The translations under genes and the position numbers were made by a program. A model generated the notes under the pieces. That model made no database searches and was not told the DNA's origin. It worked only from the letters and a program-made list of their open reading frames with translations. This document shows, piece by piece, positions 61,560-64,000 of a stretch of DNA of 64,000 bases. Origin of the DNA: Lingula anatina (taxonomy: Eukaryota > Animalia > Brachiopoda); the NCBI GenBank assembly GCA_051362555.1, contig CM120640.1, positions 46,850,788 to 46,914,787 of the forward strand. Reading direction: 5' to 3'. How positions within the stretch are numbered: position 1 is the first letter of the stretch; each line of letters begins with the position of its first letter.

Positions 61560-63450
61560 TGTCACGTGTGCTTGTTTACAAACATGGCGGCCATTAATTC
61601 AGGAAAAAATAGGTGCGCCCTCTATGTGGAAATTCATTTTTCAATCTAAATAATGAAACCACCTATTTTTCTAAAACACGTGTGGGGCAGTAATAACATC
61701 TGGAAGCTGGTGACCCACGAATTTAATGCATATCATATTTCAATATTTTAAGCTGAAGTGGACTATGAAAGTAATTAAGGGACTATCAAAATAAATCAAC
61801 CCGAACTGACCAAAATGCACTCCAGAAGAGGAATAAAGATAAGATAAAACATCGCATGGGGCAGGGTGATCAATCTAGTCGTAAAAGATCAGAAAACATA
61901 AGTTGAGAGGGTTCCAAAAAGTCCACTTAGCCCAAAAGTGCGTCAATTTATGATAATGTCAGATGGGCTATTCTGGCAATCAAACGAGTTTTAGAATGCA
62001 TTAAGCAGGCTGAGACGTATAAACACAGTATAAGGTGTCGGGTCCTGTACTTATAATAAGTTTTCATGCTCTAGCACCGGGTCGCATCGGACTGGCTCAT
62101 CTCTCATCAAAGCCTCACCACGGCGCTTGCCTGGTTGCAGCACTTAGGCAATAACCAGCACCTCATAATGTGCCGGGTCGAGCAGTGAAACAAATAGACA
62201 CCCTAATTAAATACAGGTTTGTATGTATAAGAATATATAATAGTGTAAGAGTCTTTATGACAGATGAAAAAAATCAAGGGCTTGATTTTTCATCGCGAAG
62301 TTAAAATTCTCCCTTACCTTTAATGCAACACAAGATCCTACAAAACCCAGTTCCAAACAAAAAGTTCAGGTGTAAGCCTAAGGATTAAGCCCAACTGGCG
62401 GCCATGTAAATCGCGGAAACCGCTGCTGGCTGGGCGGTATGCTAAAAATCCTGACAGCGTAAGCGTAACTTAATATCAGCCGGGGCCTCACCATATATGT
62501 AACGGTGCTCTTTTTACTACTTGGTTGCTTAAAAATACACAGCTATGTCGTAAAGCTACCATATAAAGAGCGACCAGGTAGTATGACGGGTGGGTGATTT
62601 AGTGAGTAGGAACCAGTAAGCTCCCACTAATAATTGCAACGGTGAAAGCTTTTCCTTAATACCTGCTTTATAGCTGAAATATATGTATACCTGGCACTCG
62701 CCTTGAAACAGCTGGTTTCTTACCGTTCTGAGCTATTGCGCCTCTCTAAAATCAAAGGCGTATCATGTAAAGTTATAATTAAAAGCAGATCCTTTTCGTG
62801 TACAGTGTTGCAATTCAATATTTGGACTTTCTCCTTAGAAATACAAACTGTTTTTGAAGAGGTATATCCAAGAGTCATGGAAAGATCAGAAGGCATTTAT
62901 AAGCATTTCTGATTTTCATTACAATAACACAACCTTGTTTAACTATTACCTGTAAGCCCTACGCCCCAGAAAAGAGTATGATATTTATACAGCTTGGCCG
63001 AACGAAACATGTCTGTGATTATACACTAAGTTCACTTCGTATTTAACACACAAAATAAGTGGTCGTAATGAAACGCAATTGTGATAAATTTAGAGAGGGC
63101 CTATTAAGACTCCACATGAAACAGACTCCAAGTCGTCACCTTGGAGTGACGTCATCAGAATACATGCAAGTACAAGCAATTCCAAACACTATACATAAAC
63201 ACTAGTTTTCTCTACCTGCACGAATCAATGATATAGAATGGCTGACACCCAGTCGTCGTCTCCACAACGGCAGTGCTCTCCTCGTCTCGCTGGAAAAGGG
63301 CGAGTGGATGGAAGATGACACAACCGTTACACGCGCTAAAGATAACTGAACTTTCCACCTCCACCTGCGAGCAAAACCCAATCAAAAAACCCAACGCACA
63401 GAAGTTACGGTCAGAATCCATTTATTCAAATTGCTCATATGTTTCCAGTG
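61560..63450 (-). promoter_or_regulatory. Probable promoter and non-coding first exon region
   Basis: CpG-enriched relative to the introns; CArG-like (62491, 62559), MEF2-like, CRE TGACGTCA (about 63147), YY1-like and CTCF-like (61614) motifs; candidate donors near 62317, 62949 and 63215. Confidence 0.4.
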
Positions 63451-64000
63451 AGTTATGTGCGAATATGCCAAGATCCTACTGAATTTGCAGATGAAGTGGC
63501 TGAAAGTGTCTAGGAAGCATGCGAAATGGTTAGATTCTGCCGCCTAAAGGATTCTCAGAGCTGTTGCTCTAGCTTGTCACATTCATCCTCCCTCAAACGC
63601 CAGGAATATCTGGTAGGTCTAACGCCAAATGTGCCTCACGTAATAGTCTGGGAGGCTAATTAATAAATTTAAGGGGGCCTAATTTGAAATATATAATGAA
63701 AATAAAAAGCTAAATGGATGGTAAAAATGGGCCCATATAGGCAAAAGTATATTAGTTTAAGCGGAAGACGAGATTGGCTGTTTAAGAATTGAAACTTGCC
63801 ATGAAGCTAGGTTCAAAACTTCTAAAAACTTCAGTATCAAAAATGAAAAGTTTCATTGGAGATTATAAACTTTATAACTGACATAACCCTTTTGAATTAT
63901 GTTTAAATACTGTAAAAATGTTAGAGTAACCATACTTCAACTGTCATTCAACCTTGCCCGGTCTGTAAATCGATATTTTTCTAACAACAAAATAATACCT

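Noticed and set aside
63212-63482. Two 69-aa ORFs in the upstream region
   Set aside because: No recognisable homology or coding bias; more likely UTR or promoter sequence

Overview
AT-rich animal genomic DNA, probably a mollusc or other lophotrochozoan. Nearly the whole window is the 5' part of one minus-strand, intron-rich twitchin/projectin gene (unc-22/bent family). I assembled the exons by hand from GT-AG sites and reading-frame phase. The order is ATG at 60876, Ig1-Ig6, a long alternatively spliced PEVK-like linker, Ig7, a DFRxxL plus PKA-site (D1-like) linker, Ig8, then half of Ig9, with the gene continuing past position 1. The most unusual features are in the splicing architecture: (1) an internal alternative start exon replacing Ig1 with an MLCK-like 'MDWRSML' motif and KLKP repeats; (2) a candidate 1-nt exon that preserves frame as an alternative to a 28-nt microexon; (3) about 16 symmetric phase-1 cassette exons in the linker, including an expanding tandem microexon array with broken copies and an Asp/His-rich DEHPD exon; (4) phase-0 microexons of 3, 24 and 33 nt inside Ig9; (5) a microexon coupled to an alternative acceptor. 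The introns hold a Kolobok-like element, an Academ-like element, several MITEs and microsatellites. All exon calls are sequence-based predictions with no transcript evidence.
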